In this document: piece after piece, positions 20,675 through 31,500 of the stretch
Layout of the letters: each line of letters starts with the position of its first letter
Position numbering within the stretch: position 1 is the stretch's first letter
NCBI GenBank assembly: GCA_963701295.1
Contig: OY969585.1
Coordinates: forward strand, 1,728,001 to 1,792,000
Direction of reading: 5' to 3'
DNA: 64,000 nt
Origin: Ignavibacteriota bacterium
GTDB lineage: Bacteria; Bacteroidota; Ignavibacteria; UBA10030
The notes under the pieces: generated by a model
Seen by the model: the letters and a program-made list of their open reading frames with translations, nothing else
The model's database searches: none
What the model was told of the DNA's origin: nothing
Made by a program: the position numbers and the translations under genes

Positions 20675-22297
20675 ATGAAACAAAAATGCAGACTTGTTGT
20701 TTCAACTAGTATAGTGCTATTCTTCTTAATCACCGTACCTAAGGAAATATTTGCTGCTGATGGAACAATAAAAGCTAAAGAGACTCATCAAGTAATGATA
20801 GGTTTTGGTGCCTCTATTGCATGGGCCGATGATCAATTAACTACACATCCAGCAAAGGGTGAAATTTATAATTACATTTTTAAGGATCTCGGTTTGGATA
20901 TCCTGCGGATTCGAAATATGTATCGGAATAATCCATTGGACTTTGCACCAACGTTTGCTGAAATTGTTGATACAATGTATGCCCTTTCACCTCAGAGGCC
21001 GAAAATTCTTATTTCTTCATGGTCGCCCCCTGCTGATATAAAGAGTAATAATGACGTCGAAAATGGCGGAACATTGATAAAGCAAAATGGAAAATATGTT
21101 TATGGTGCATTTGCTCAATACTGGGTAGACGCCATAAATGCTTATAGAGCTATTGGTATTGATCCGGATTATATCACTATTCAAAATGAGCCAGATTTTT
21201 CGGCAACATGGGAATCATGTCTTTTCAACCCCACAGAAACATCAACTATTGCTGGCTATAATCGTGCATTGGATACTGTGTATATTGGACTGCAACAGTT
21301 GCAATCACCTCCAAAAATATTGGGTCCAGAGGTTTTGGGAATTGGCTATAGTGAATTCCAAAAATATGGGTCGTCTTTTAATCAGAGTCATCTTGATGGA
21401 TATGCGTATCATTTATATCACGGCGAATCTGATAATGTTAACGATAATCACAACCCTGATTTGTTTATCACGAATCTTACTACCATAGCAAACAGCTATC
21501 AGGGTAAACCGATATTTCAAACAGAATATGACCGTGGTGATTGGTTCAATACAGCCTGGTTGATGCACAACTGTTTAGTCTATGGAAATGTTTCAGCGTA
21601 TCTCTGGTGGGAATTGGTGTGGGGATCGGGCGGCAATCCCCTGATAGAAATGGAATCAGACACCTATACAATTACTAAATACTATTGGGCGTTCAGACAA
21701 TATTCAAAATATATTGATTCCGGTTATGAAAGGGTGACTGCATCAGTTAATGCAGATAGCCTCAGGATGTCCGCTTTCATTAATCCTGGCGGTAATAAGT
21801 TGACGGTAGTGGTGCTAAACATTGGGTCGCAGGCTCAATCGATGAATTTTGATATCCAAGATTTCAGCGTTGATAGCGGGATGGTTATTCGTACTTCTGA
21901 GACCGAATCGGGTGATACAATAAGTAATAGTTATGATGGCAAATCAGCATTGGATTTTCCTGTTCGTTCTATTACCACGCTCTCGTTTTCCGGTGCGTTG
22001 GCCACCAATGTCGACAATAAACCAGTAATGCCAGTAAAATTTTCATTATCTCAAAATTATCCTAATCCTTTTAATCCAACCACAACAATTGAATATTCTT
22101 TAGGAAGAGAAAGTTTCGTTCGACTAAAGATCTATGATGTTTTGGGCCGGGAAATAACAACATTGGTTCAGGAAAGAATGGCAGCAGGAAAACATACTGT
22201 TCAATTTGACGCAAAGGATATGAATTCAGGTATCTATTTCTATAAAATAATGGCGGGAGATTTTATTCAATCTAATAAAATGATGGTGATAAAATAA
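20675..22297 (+). CDS. GH30 (glucuronoxylanase-like) with T9SS C-terminal sorting domain
   Basis: Signal peptide; GFGAS, SWSPP, acid/base IQNEPD, nucleophile FQTEY and SAYLWW. CTD is LSQNYPNPFNPTTTI..GIYFYK..KMMVIK. Confidence 0.88.
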   Translation: MKQKCRLVVSTSIVLFFLITVPKEIFAADGTIKAKETHQVMIGFGASIAWADDQLTTHPAKGEIYNYIFKDLGLDILRIRNMYRNNPLDFAPTFAEIVDTMYALSPQRPKILISSWSPPADIKSNNDVENGGTLIKQNGKYVYGAFAQYWVDAINAYRAIGIDPDYITIQNEPDFSATWESCLFNPTETSTIAGYNRALDTVYIGLQQLQSPPKILGPEVLGIGYSEFQKYGSSFNQSHLDGYAYHLYHGESDNVNDNHNPDLFITNLTTIANSYQGKPIFQTEYDRGDWFNTAWLMHNCLVYGNVSAYLWWELVWGSGGNPLIEMESDTYTITKYYWAFRQYSKYIDSGYERVTASVNADSLRMSAFINPGGNKLTVVVLNIGSQAQSMNFDIQDFSVDSGMVIRTSETESGDTISNSYDGKSALDFPVRSITTLSFSGALATNVDNKPVMPVKFSLSQNYPNPFNPTTTIEYSLGRESFVRLKIYDVLGREITTLVQERMAAGKHTVQFDAKDMNSGIYFYKIMAGDFIQSNKMMVIK

Positions 22298-22444
22298 TAT
22301 CAAATGGTATTAGAGGCATGGATAATACGTCCATAAATTTTTTAGAAAAGCTCAATAAAAAAGATTGAACAATACAAAGCGATGAACGAATAAATAATTA
22401 TCCAATTAATAAACTAATTTCCAACAAACAATGGAGGTTGTAAA

Positions 22445-23584
22445 ATGAAAAACTTATTATTTAGTTTTTTCATGATAGTCTTGATCTTTACTTCTGGAAA
22501 AGCACAGGGCTTTATCACAATTGATGCCCAAAGGGATGCTTTTTTTGATGGCTTAACTAATCCTAATGATGGAAAAATATTTATACCATCAAGGGCTTAC
22601 CTGCCGGAAGATACCGGCAAATACGGACCTCCGTGGGGTGACGCAGATATTTCCGGAATAGTATGGACTGCATGGGACACTACATATCTATACTACTATG
22701 TTGAAGTAAAAGATAATATCATTATTGACAATCAGAAAGCTAATTGGTCAAATGATAAAATTGAACTTAAATTTGATCCGAATCCTACACTAAAATTGAC
22801 AGGACAGGGTAATTGTATTCAGGTCGGTATGACGGCATTAGACCGTGGTGATGCTCAGTTAGACACAGCAGTAGATAATTTGGACTTAGACCAGAAGATT
22901 GCTAATGGGAAAGAAATGATAGATACATCTGGAAACCCATTTTGGTCTACACCTAATGATTATGCACGTAGAGAAACTGCTGATGGTTATGTTTTAGAAT
23001 TCAGGCTTCCTTTCAAATATATTAATAAATCGAAAAATTGGCTTCGGCCTGTAGCAGTGGGTTTACAATTCGGAAGTGCGATAAATTTAAATGATAACGA
23101 TAGTACTGGAAGAATGAATGCTGTGAATTGGTCTGCTGGACATAAAGATGCAGTTTGGAATACTCCAAAGTACGATGGCACAGTAACGTTATTAGACGGC
23201 CATAAGTGTAAATATGAAGCCAAAAGCCTTCAAGACTCAACTATTGTTAATGATAGTGCTGCGGTTTGGTATTTTGGTGGCACACCATTCACATCCGTAA
23301 AATCTTTTAGTGGTACTCCAGAATCTTTCAATTTAATGCAGAATTATCCCAATCCATTTAATCCGACAACAACCATTAAATTCACGTTACCACAGCGCAG
23401 CGATGTCCGGATTGTCCTTATAAACGTGTTAGGACAAGTCTTGAAAGAAATCGCCAAGGGCAACTACAGTGCCGGCAGTCATCAGGTGACGTTGGATGCT
23501 TCGCGTCTTGCAAGTGGCATTTATTTCTACAAACTACAGGCAGGTTCATTGAGCGATACAAAGAAGTTAGTGCTTATGAAATAA
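22445..23584 (+). CDS. Non-catalytic CBM9/DOMON-like sugar-binding protein with T9SS CTD
   Basis: Signal peptide; WTAWDTTYLYYYVEVKDN..W.NDKIELKFD, GYVLEFRLPF and INLNDND resemble CBM9. CTD LMQNYPNPFNP. Strong RBS GGAGG. No catalytic domain recognised. Confidence 0.78.
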   Translation: MKNLLFSFFMIVLIFTSGKAQGFITIDAQRDAFFDGLTNPNDGKIFIPSRAYLPEDTGKYGPPWGDADISGIVWTAWDTTYLYYYVEVKDNIIIDNQKANWSNDKIELKFDPNPTLKLTGQGNCIQVGMTALDRGDAQLDTAVDNLDLDQKIANGKEMIDTSGNPFWSTPNDYARRETADGYVLEFRLPFKYINKSKNWLRPVAVGLQFGSAINLNDNDSTGRMNAVNWSAGHKDAVWNTPKYDGTVTLLDGHKCKYEAKSLQDSTIVNDSAAVWYFGGTPFTSVKSFSGTPESFNLMQNYPNPFNPTTTIKFTLPQRSDVRIVLINVLGQVLKEIAKGNYSAGSHQVTLDASRLASGIYFYKLQAGSLSDTKKLVLMK

Positions 23585-23613
23585 TACTTCTTCCTGTCAT
23601 GATGTTCGTGCAT

Positions 23614-23663
23614 GCTCGCTTATTTCTGCCCTCTTCGTATCGGAAGAGGGCAGATGAGCGAGT
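23614..23663 (+). terminator. Strong intergenic hairpin (terminator or mRNA stabiliser)
   Basis: Perfect 12-bp stem TCTGCCCTCTTC/GAAGAGGGCAGA (23625-23654), extendable by GCTCGCT/AGCGAGT. No downstream U-tract. Confidence 0.6.
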
Positions 23664-23802
23664 GCATAAAGATTATGAACACAAGATAACTCGTTAAGAA
23701 AATGAAGATGGATGTATAGATAAATATTACTGTGGATAATAAGTAGTGTGGGTATTTCAAACAATTACAAGTAGGTAAAGAGGGTATCGCAAAAAGGAAC
23801 AT

Positions 23803-23895
23803 GTCATTGCGATCCCGATTCATCGGGAGAAGCAATCCGATAAAATGAGTAAAAAAGGAAAAGAGAAAAAGAGAAATTGCTCCGTTCGCAATGAC
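23803..23895. repeat. REP-like palindromic element GTCATTGCGA...TCGCAATGAC
   Basis: Perfect 10-bp terminal inverted repeat, an internal TCCCGAT-TC-ATCGGGA hairpin and AGCAAT/ATTGCT pairing. Confidence 0.65.
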
Positions 23896-23973
23896 TCTGA
23901 GGCAACTTTTTAGACAGCCGCACATCACAAGAACTATATTTTAAGTAAAATCAGTTAGTACATACGCGCATTC

Positions 23974-25479
23974 ATGATGAAAATTTTTAAATCGATATTC
24001 TGTATCAAGAGTTTTGCAGGGTTCCTGTACTGCATGAGTATTCCGCTTTTAGGACAAATGAAGTCTGTCATCCCTGCCGGCGGTTCTCTCGGTATAGAAA
24101 ACGGCAATGATGCGTTAGCTATAGTGGGCGAAAAAATAATTACGGTAAGAGATTTCAGGGAACGCAGTGAATTTACGGTTCGCCCTCAGAATTTTAAAGA
24201 CAAGAATATCACATTAAACAATTTAATTTTTGAAAAGATTCTTACCCTAGAAGCAGAACAAGAGGCGAAGTCTGCAGTACATCCTGGGATGCAGGCCATG
24301 CTAGATGGCATTAAAGAACAACAGATGCGGGCTCAGCTCTACTATGAGGTTGCTTATAACAAAGTGAAATTCAATTCCGCTGAATTGGAAAAAGCGTACA
24401 CGCTGTCCACTCGTGAATACGAACTCGAGTTTTATCGCTTACCGAATAAGAAGTTCGCATACAAAATTCAAACAGCGATCGATGCTGGACCTACACGAGC
24501 CGATTCCTTATTTAAGGAAGTGGAAGAGATTCTGGGAAAGAAACCTGTCCATAAAACAAAATTTGACGATAACGATGACGATGCTATTCATAAAGCATTG
24601 TACACGGAGGCGCTGGATCCGGGGAAGATTGTTGGACCTGTGAGACTCGGTGATGGCGGATATATCGTTATGAAAGTGTTGACATGGGTTGATTATCCTC
24701 TTATAAGCGGTGAAGAACAGCAAGCAAGGTGGAATAAAGTAGGGGACATTATCCAAAACCGAAAAGCAGAGCAGCAGTGGCGCTCCTACCAGGCAAGTGT
24801 CATGAAGGGGAAGCGATTAGTATTTGATAAGCATTCTTTTGATGTGTTATCGGCCTGGGCGATGGAAAATTATTATTCCCACAAACAAAACGATTCTCTG
24901 AATATTCACATTGCAGAAATTGAAGGAAAGAAACCGGAAATTGATTTTAACAACCCTTTCTTTACGCTCGATAAAAAAGTATGGACTCTAAAAGACTTTC
25001 GAAAAGTGCTTCGTACTCATCCCCTCGTCTATAGAACGACTGCGCTTGACAGTACAAATTTTCGGAAACAATTCAAATTGGCAATCATTGATTTGATGCG
25101 GGATCATTATTTGACACAGGCGGCTTATAAGCGTTCTTTGGACAAGCATGAAAACGTGAAAAATACAGTCGGAATGTGGAGAGATTCTTTTTTGGCAACG
25201 GAAAAAGCAAAGAGTATTGTTGATACGGGCGTAGCTCAGGGGATCGTCAAGAGAAACGATGAGCGCGGCTTATCGGAATTTTGGAATTCGCAAGTGATCA
25301 TATTGCAGCAGAAATATGGCAAATCGATCTGGATAAACCATCCTTTGCTGGATCGTCTTGCATTAACAAGAATTGATATGATTGCCTTAAAACCAGGTTT
25401 TCCCTATCCTCTTGAGGTCCCTCAATTCCCGACATTGATCGTTTCCGAGAATCTTGACTATGCGACACTTAAAAAATGA
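23974..25479 (+). CDS. SurA/parvulin-like periplasmic protein (putative foldase), xylan cassette
   Basis: Signal-like N-terminus. The LAIVGEKIITVRDF..LNNLIFEKILTLEA pattern resembles SurA/PrsA N-domains, and GKIVGPVRLGDGGYIVMKV resembles a degenerate rotamase. Parallels ORF 47568. Confidence 0.55.
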   Translation: MMKIFKSIFCIKSFAGFLYCMSIPLLGQMKSVIPAGGSLGIENGNDALAIVGEKIITVRDFRERSEFTVRPQNFKDKNITLNNLIFEKILTLEAEQEAKSAVHPGMQAMLDGIKEQQMRAQLYYEVAYNKVKFNSAELEKAYTLSTREYELEFYRLPNKKFAYKIQTAIDAGPTRADSLFKEVEEILGKKPVHKTKFDDNDDDAIHKALYTEALDPGKIVGPVRLGDGGYIVMKVLTWVDYPLISGEEQQARWNKVGDIIQNRKAEQQWRSYQASVMKGKRLVFDKHSFDVLSAWAMENYYSHKQNDSLNIHIAEIEGKKPEIDFNNPFFTLDKKVWTLKDFRKVLRTHPLVYRTTALDSTNFRKQFKLAIIDLMRDHYLTQAAYKRSLDKHENVKNTVGMWRDSFLATEKAKSIVDTGVAQGIVKRNDERGLSEFWNSQVIILQQKYGKSIWINHPLLDRLALTRIDMIALKPGFPYPLEVPQFPTLIVSENLDYATLKK

Positions 25480-25581
25480 TATTGAAGATAGATTACAGTA
25501 CTGACAAAGACATCAATAAGTTTGATTCATGTACATTGTTTTTTGATATAACTTATGGTAAACAAAGGAAGGGTTGTTAAA

Positions 25582-28569
25582 ATGAAAAAACTAACTACAA
25601 TCTTTTTGTCAATTTTCTTCCTCCTTGCTGCAAGTGCAAGTATGCTCTATGCTGGAGTAGCAGGAAAAATTTCTGGCAGGCTGATCGATAAAGCAACGCA
25701 AGAGCCATTAATAACGGCAAATGTCATCATTAAGGGAACCTCGCTAGGTGCATCAAGTGATATCGATGGAAGTTATTCGATATTAAATATTCCTCCTGGG
25801 GTCTATACTGTCAGTATATCCGTCGTTGGATATCGAAAGGTACAGATTGAAAATGTCCGTGTGAATATAGATCTTACGACTACCGTTGATGTCGCGCTTG
25901 AACCAGAAGCCGTTGAAATGGATGCTGTCGTTATTTCAGCGGAGAGACCTCTGGTGACAAAAGATATGACATCGTCTCTTTCAACCGTTACATCTGAGCA
26001 GATTCAAAATCTGCCGGTCGATAACATTGCACAAGTTCTGAGATTAAATGCGGGTATAGTCATGAGTGGAGGTCAGATTACGATTCGCGGCGGCAGGACG
26101 GGTGAAGTGGCATATTGGGTTGATGGTATTTCATCGACTGATGTCTATAATGGGACACAGGGTGTGACGGTGGAAAACTCTTCTATTCAGGAACTTCAGA
26201 TTGTAAGCGGTACCTTCAACTCTGAATACGGACAGGCAATGTCGGGTATTGTCAATATTGTCACGAAAGATGGCGGCAGCAATTATACCGGGCAGATAAA
26301 AATTTATGGAGGGAGTTACTTAAGCGGTGATGATGTGTTTAGTCTGTACAAACATCTTGTTACGGCGGAAAATCCTGTTGCCAATTCGAATGGGATTAAT
26401 ACAACACAGATCGTAAGCAGCGAAAAATATTATCCGTTGAAAAAAATAAATCCTCTTTATAGCGGAGAATTTACACTGAGCGGTCCGGTGCCTTTCTTGG
26501 AAAATAATTTAAAATTCTTTGCAAACGGTCGTTACTATTCAGACGATGGATATTTTTATGGGGCAAATTGGTACTTGCCAGATGGAGTTGCAGGTGATTC
26601 CTCTATAGTGACGATGAATCCATATCAGAATATCTCCGCCCAGGGAAAACTCACCTACAACTTAATGGGTGGCAATATACGGATGAGCTATGAGTTCTTC
26701 GGGAATAAGTGGAAGAGAGACAGGACTTACTATCCGTTTTCATCGAGCGATTTTCCTTACAATTTTAATGCTCATGATTATTTGTACGATCCGTATGGAT
26801 TGCCAAAATCCTTTGGCGATGCATACACTCACCTTTTTTCATTGAGTCATGTTTTGTCTTCATCAACCTTTTACGAACTGCGTGTCAGCAGATATCAATC
26901 AGAAATGAATCAATACGTATTTGAGAATCCAACACAAGCAGTAAGATATTTGGACAGTACAGGCACGGTCGATCCAAATGGTCCAGATGGCTATCTCCAA
27001 CCAAACAATAGTGGAGGTTATTCAGCACCCGCTTCCAACAGTTTCAATAACAAAGGTATGGATCCAACCCATACAAGCCGCAGTACGGCTTATTGGGCCG
27101 CAAAATTCGATCTTACCAGCCAGGTTAATAAATCTCACGAAATGAAATTCGGTGCAGAAGCAAGACTTCATGAACTCACATTAGATAGATATCAAATCGT
27201 GAGCGCAACGGATGCAAGCGGAACGATAATAACTCCATTTGTTCCGGCTGTGCCAAATCAAAGCAGCATTTACAGAAGTTTGTATGATAGAAAACCGCAA
27301 GAGTATTCTGCCTATGTGCAGGACAAAATGGAGTACAACCAAATCATCGTTAACATTGGATTGAGGTACGATTATTTCGATGCAAATGCATCAATGCTGA
27401 CAGATCCAACTGACCCTGATATATACTCACCAGTTAAACCTGAACACATCTATGCCGGATGGATCCCTTTACCAGACAGTTATTCCGGAACACTCGATCA
27501 ATGGATCGCAGATAACTTAGCAAACGGAACCTTCAGGGAATATACTCCCGATGAACGAAGAGCTTTTATGCAGCAAAAAGTCAGTGCCAAGATGGCTCTA
27601 AGCCCGCGGCTCGGCATTGCGTTCCCGATTACCGATAAAGGAGTTATCCATTTTTCCTATGGGCATTTCTTCCAAATTCCGCAATTCCAGTATCTCTATG
27701 CTAATCCCGATTTCAAAATCAGCAGCGGCAGCACTTCCAGTGCCACACTCTTTGGAAATCCAGATCTGAAACCTCAAAGGACTGTGATGTATGAACTTGG
27801 ATTGCAGCAACAGCTTTCTGATAACATTGGAATAGATGTGACAATGTTCTACAGAGATGTACGCGATTGGGTGGGAACAAGCAGTGTGCCAATTTCAGTA
27901 TATGGGGGAAGTGCGACGTATGCGATGTTTGTGAATAAAGACTATGAAAATGTGCGCGGAGTGACATTAAAATTCGAGAGACGAATGAGCAATAATTTTT
28001 CATTCCGTGCCGATTATACATACCAGATTGCTGATGGAACGTATTCTAATCCGACGGATGCCTTCAATGCGATATCCAGCAATCAAGCGCCAGTCTTAGC
28101 TCTCGTTCCTATGAATTGGGACCAGAGACATACTCTCAATGCGCAATTGATCTACAGTAATTCCGATTGGATTATTTCACTTATCGGCACATACTGGAGC
28201 GGACAGCCATACACGCCAAGTTTTCCCTCGAGTGAAGCGACAGGTTCCTCAGCAGTTACAGGCCTGACGACAAATAGCGAGAATATGCCAGACCAGAAAA
28301 ATATTGATTTAACAATCAGCAAAAAAATCCAAATGAGCCATTCTCTCTCTCTCGAATTTTTTATGAATATTTATAACTTACTCGATGAAAGAGATGCAAC
28401 GAATGTTTATTCCGACACAGGAAACCCGGATTACACGACAAACCCTCGGCGACTTTCGCAAGTATCATATAATTCAGATAGGGTAAGCACACCGGAAGAT
28501 AATATGAATCAACCCGCTTGGCATACTGCACCGCGCCAAATTCAACTTGGTATAACATTAGGATTCTAA
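25582..28569 (+). CDS. TonB-dependent receptor (non-SusC type) with N-terminal carboxypeptidase-regulatory-like domain, xylan cassette
   Basis: Signal peptide, plug IRGGRTGEVAYWVDG..IQELQIVSGTFNSEYGQAMSGIVNIVTK, NIGLRYDYF, GNPDLKP and a C-terminal Phe. Start re-called to ATG 25582. Confidence 0.9.
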   Translation: MKKLTTIFLSIFFLLAASASMLYAGVAGKISGRLIDKATQEPLITANVIIKGTSLGASSDIDGSYSILNIPPGVYTVSISVVGYRKVQIENVRVNIDLTTTVDVALEPEAVEMDAVVISAERPLVTKDMTSSLSTVTSEQIQNLPVDNIAQVLRLNAGIVMSGGQITIRGGRTGEVAYWVDGISSTDVYNGTQGVTVENSSIQELQIVSGTFNSEYGQAMSGIVNIVTKDGGSNYTGQIKIYGGSYLSGDDVFSLYKHLVTAENPVANSNGINTTQIVSSEKYYPLKKINPLYSGEFTLSGPVPFLENNLKFFANGRYYSDDGYFYGANWYLPDGVAGDSSIVTMNPYQNISAQGKLTYNLMGGNIRMSYEFFGNKWKRDRTYYPFSSSDFPYNFNAHDYLYDPYGLPKSFGDAYTHLFSLSHVLSSSTFYELRVSRYQSEMNQYVFENPTQAVRYLDSTGTVDPNGPDGYLQPNNSGGYSAPASNSFNNKGMDPTHTSRSTAYWAAKFDLTSQVNKSHEMKFGAEARLHELTLDRYQIVSATDASGTIITPFVPAVPNQSSIYRSLYDRKPQEYSAYVQDKMEYNQIIVNIGLRYDYFDANASMLTDPTDPDIYSPVKPEHIYAGWIPLPDSYSGTLDQWIADNLANGTFREYTPDERRAFMQQKVSAKMALSPRLGIAFPITDKGVIHFSYGHFFQIPQFQYLYANPDFKISSGSTSSATLFGNPDLKPQRTVMYELGLQQQLSDNIGIDVTMFYRDVRDWVGTSSVPISVYGGSATYAMFVNKDYENVRGVTLKFERRMSNNFSFRADYTYQIADGTYSNPTDAFNAISSNQAPVLALVPMNWDQRHTLNAQLIYSNSDWIISLIGTYWSGQPYTPSFPSSEATGSSAVTGLTTNSENMPDQKNIDLTISKKIQMSHSLSLEFFMNIYNLLDERDATNVYSDTGNPDYTTNPRRLSQVSYNSDRVSTPEDNMNQPAWHTAPRQIQLGITLGF

Positions 28570-28588
28570 TCGAAAATTAGGAGATAAC

Positions 28589-31500
28589 ATGAAAAATAAA
28601 TTCTTTTATTCTATTTTTGCTGTCCTTTCATGGATTGGGTTATCCAATTCAATTGTGCAAGCCCAGATGCGATACCTTCATGGAGATGATCGAGAATACC
28701 GAATCGGAATGCATTCCGGGAATCAATTCAGGACAACTTTTTTCAATGATGGAACATGGGGTGGAAATACGAGCAATACACCAGGAATGAGCATTGTAAA
28801 GACTCAAATTGCTGGTGAATGGCCTATTAATTCAGGCCACTGGTACCTTATTGATGGAGATACTTTTGTCCTTTCGGAAGTTGCTGACAATTATGATCCG
28901 CTTGAACATTATTTCTTGGCAGACTCGGGTAAAGTGGGTAGAGTTCATCACATTCAGAGCACCGTCAAAGCTGCACCTGGAGGAGGTACTGTAGGTGATC
29001 AAGATCCAAACACTAAAAAGTGGTGGACTTTCTTACCGTTACCGGGATTTGCAAATCCAAGAGATCAGATCATTGCTATGGCAAAGGGAGACCAACAATG
29101 GTATGACGATGCAAAGTCAGCGGGATCCTGGCCTCTCTTCTGGCCAGATATTAGAGATCCACAAAACCCTTACAAAATATATTCCGCCGATGGGTGGGCT
29201 GGTTCCTGGAATGGATATTTTGGCAGAAATAAATTTAATGCTGATGAAGAGAGTTACTTTGTTGCCGATGATTATGCAAAACAGAAGTTCCCTTCGTTCA
29301 GGCCGGATACAACAGATGTACTTAGAGGCGGATTAGGCATACGAATGTATGTGAGAGGATTTCAATGGGCAAAAATGCCCGTACAGGATGCTTTATTTAT
29401 CGTGAGCGATCTGCAGAATATTGGAACCTATCAGCACAATAAAGTGGTGTTCGGATATAAGATTGGCAACAACATGGGTCAAACAAACGGTGGAGCCGAT
29501 GCAGGTGATGACGGCGGCAGTTATAGTATTGTTGATAATTTATGTTGGACGTGGGATCAAAACGGTCTTGGCGCTTCAGATTGGGGACCAACTCCTGTTG
29601 GAATATCAGGCGCCGCGCTTCTGGAGACCCCGGGTAATCCTTTTGATGGAATCGATAATGATAATGATGGAAACCCAAATAGTCCCAATTATGGTATGAA
29701 AAACAAAGAAACAGGTCCCGTGACGCTACATACCGTTAATGGACCACAAACATTTTATGCTGGTTCAGGGCCGACTATTTCAACGAATACGTTTGCACCG
29801 AAGGTGCTTGGACTTAACGACCAGATCGTATTGATTGATTACAAAGACCCACATTATAAGCGAACTGTTACAACGTTCAAACAGGCTCTTCTCGCTCAGG
29901 GCAAAACATTGGCCACGGATACTCTTCTCATTCCATTTGGTGGAATCACGTACAAGTTTTGGGTTGGAGATACATTGAAAGAAATCGGCGATAATTTATT
30001 CGATGATAATTTAAATGGTATCATTGATGAAAACAGAGGAGTTACAAATCCATCGACTGGAGTAACGACCTATCTGTATCTAGACCATAAGTACATTGAC
30101 TATTTGAACCCTGATGTAACCACAAATGGATCGCTGAATCCTCTTATTGATGAACGCAGGGATGATGGTATTGATAACAATGATAATTGGGATCCTGCTA
30201 AAGATGATGTTGGCCAGGATGGTTTAGGTCCTACAGATCTCGGTTACCCGGGGCCTGATATCGGAGAAGGTGACGGGAAGCCGACACCGGGAGAACCCCA
30301 TTTTGATAAAACAGATATCAATGAAAGCGACATGATAGGGTTGACGAGCTTTAATTTGTACCTATGGGCTCAGAAAGACCAGTTTGGAGACGGGACACAG
30401 CAAGATGATGAAGGTTTTTGGAATAGGCTTGCTCCAGGCTCTTTTTATGCCTACCCCAGTGCAGACAATGTCGAATTATTATTCGGTTCCGGATATTTCC
30501 CGTTGCCCCCGGGTGATCTTGAAAGAATTTCCTATGCGTTTATTGTTGTGAGCGGCCCTGCGGGCGGTTGGAAAGGCGGTTCTGGCGAAGTTGCACCACC
30601 TGATAATTTACTTTTGGAAAAGACCAATGTGCAATCGGCTTACGATCAAAATTATAATTTTGCCAAGGCTCCTTTTATACCTGCCGTTATAGCTGTTGCA
30701 GGTGATAAGAGAGTGACTTTATTTTGGGATGATATAGCAGAATCTTCTGTTGACGCAAACAATGTTGTAAATTTTGAGGGATACAAAATTTATCGTTCCA
30801 CAGATCCTGGCTGGAATGACATGACTCCAATTACCGACGGCCATGGTAACGTGGTAATGCGCCAACCGTTAGCACAGTATGATCTTGATGATACATATTC
30901 TGGCTATATTTCTGCAACTCCAAATACAGGAGTTCGTTTTTGGTTAGGGAGTAATACCGGTCTGAGACATTTTTATATCGATACAACTGTAACGAATGGA
31001 ACTACCTATTATTATGCAGTGACGTCGTACAACTTTGGCGATGTCAATAAGGGAATCGATCCTTCTGAATGCGTTAAATACGTTGCCGTTCAATCATCTG
31101 GCGATGTCGAAAAAGGGAAGAATGTGGTTGTCGTTCGACCGGAAGCACCTGCCGCAGGATATGTCCCAGCAAATTTTAAAGATTCAAAAGTCACAGCCTT
31201 ACCTGGTAGCACGGGTACAGGAGTAGCTGGTTATAAAATTTTGGATGATACTCGAATTAAGAATAGCCATACCTATCAAATCACATTCAAAGATACAGTC
31301 ACTGGTATAGCAAAAGGTTTAGCAGAATCGACAAAGAGTTTTACACTTACCGATATCACCGTGATAGACACTCCGAAAATTTTATTAAAGGATAACTCGT
31401 TTACGGGAGACAATGGAGGACTTCCGGTGACAGATGGTTTTCAGTTATCGTTCTCCAGTAATCCTGAAAAACTGAGCTATGATTCAGCAAGTTCTGGATG

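Noticed and set aside
29600-30330. Asp-rich repeats as RTX toxin or tandem DNA repeats
   Set aside because: The motifs are dispersed DxDxDG-like loops, not GGxGxDxLx nonapeptide arrays, and there is no nucleotide-level tandem repeat.
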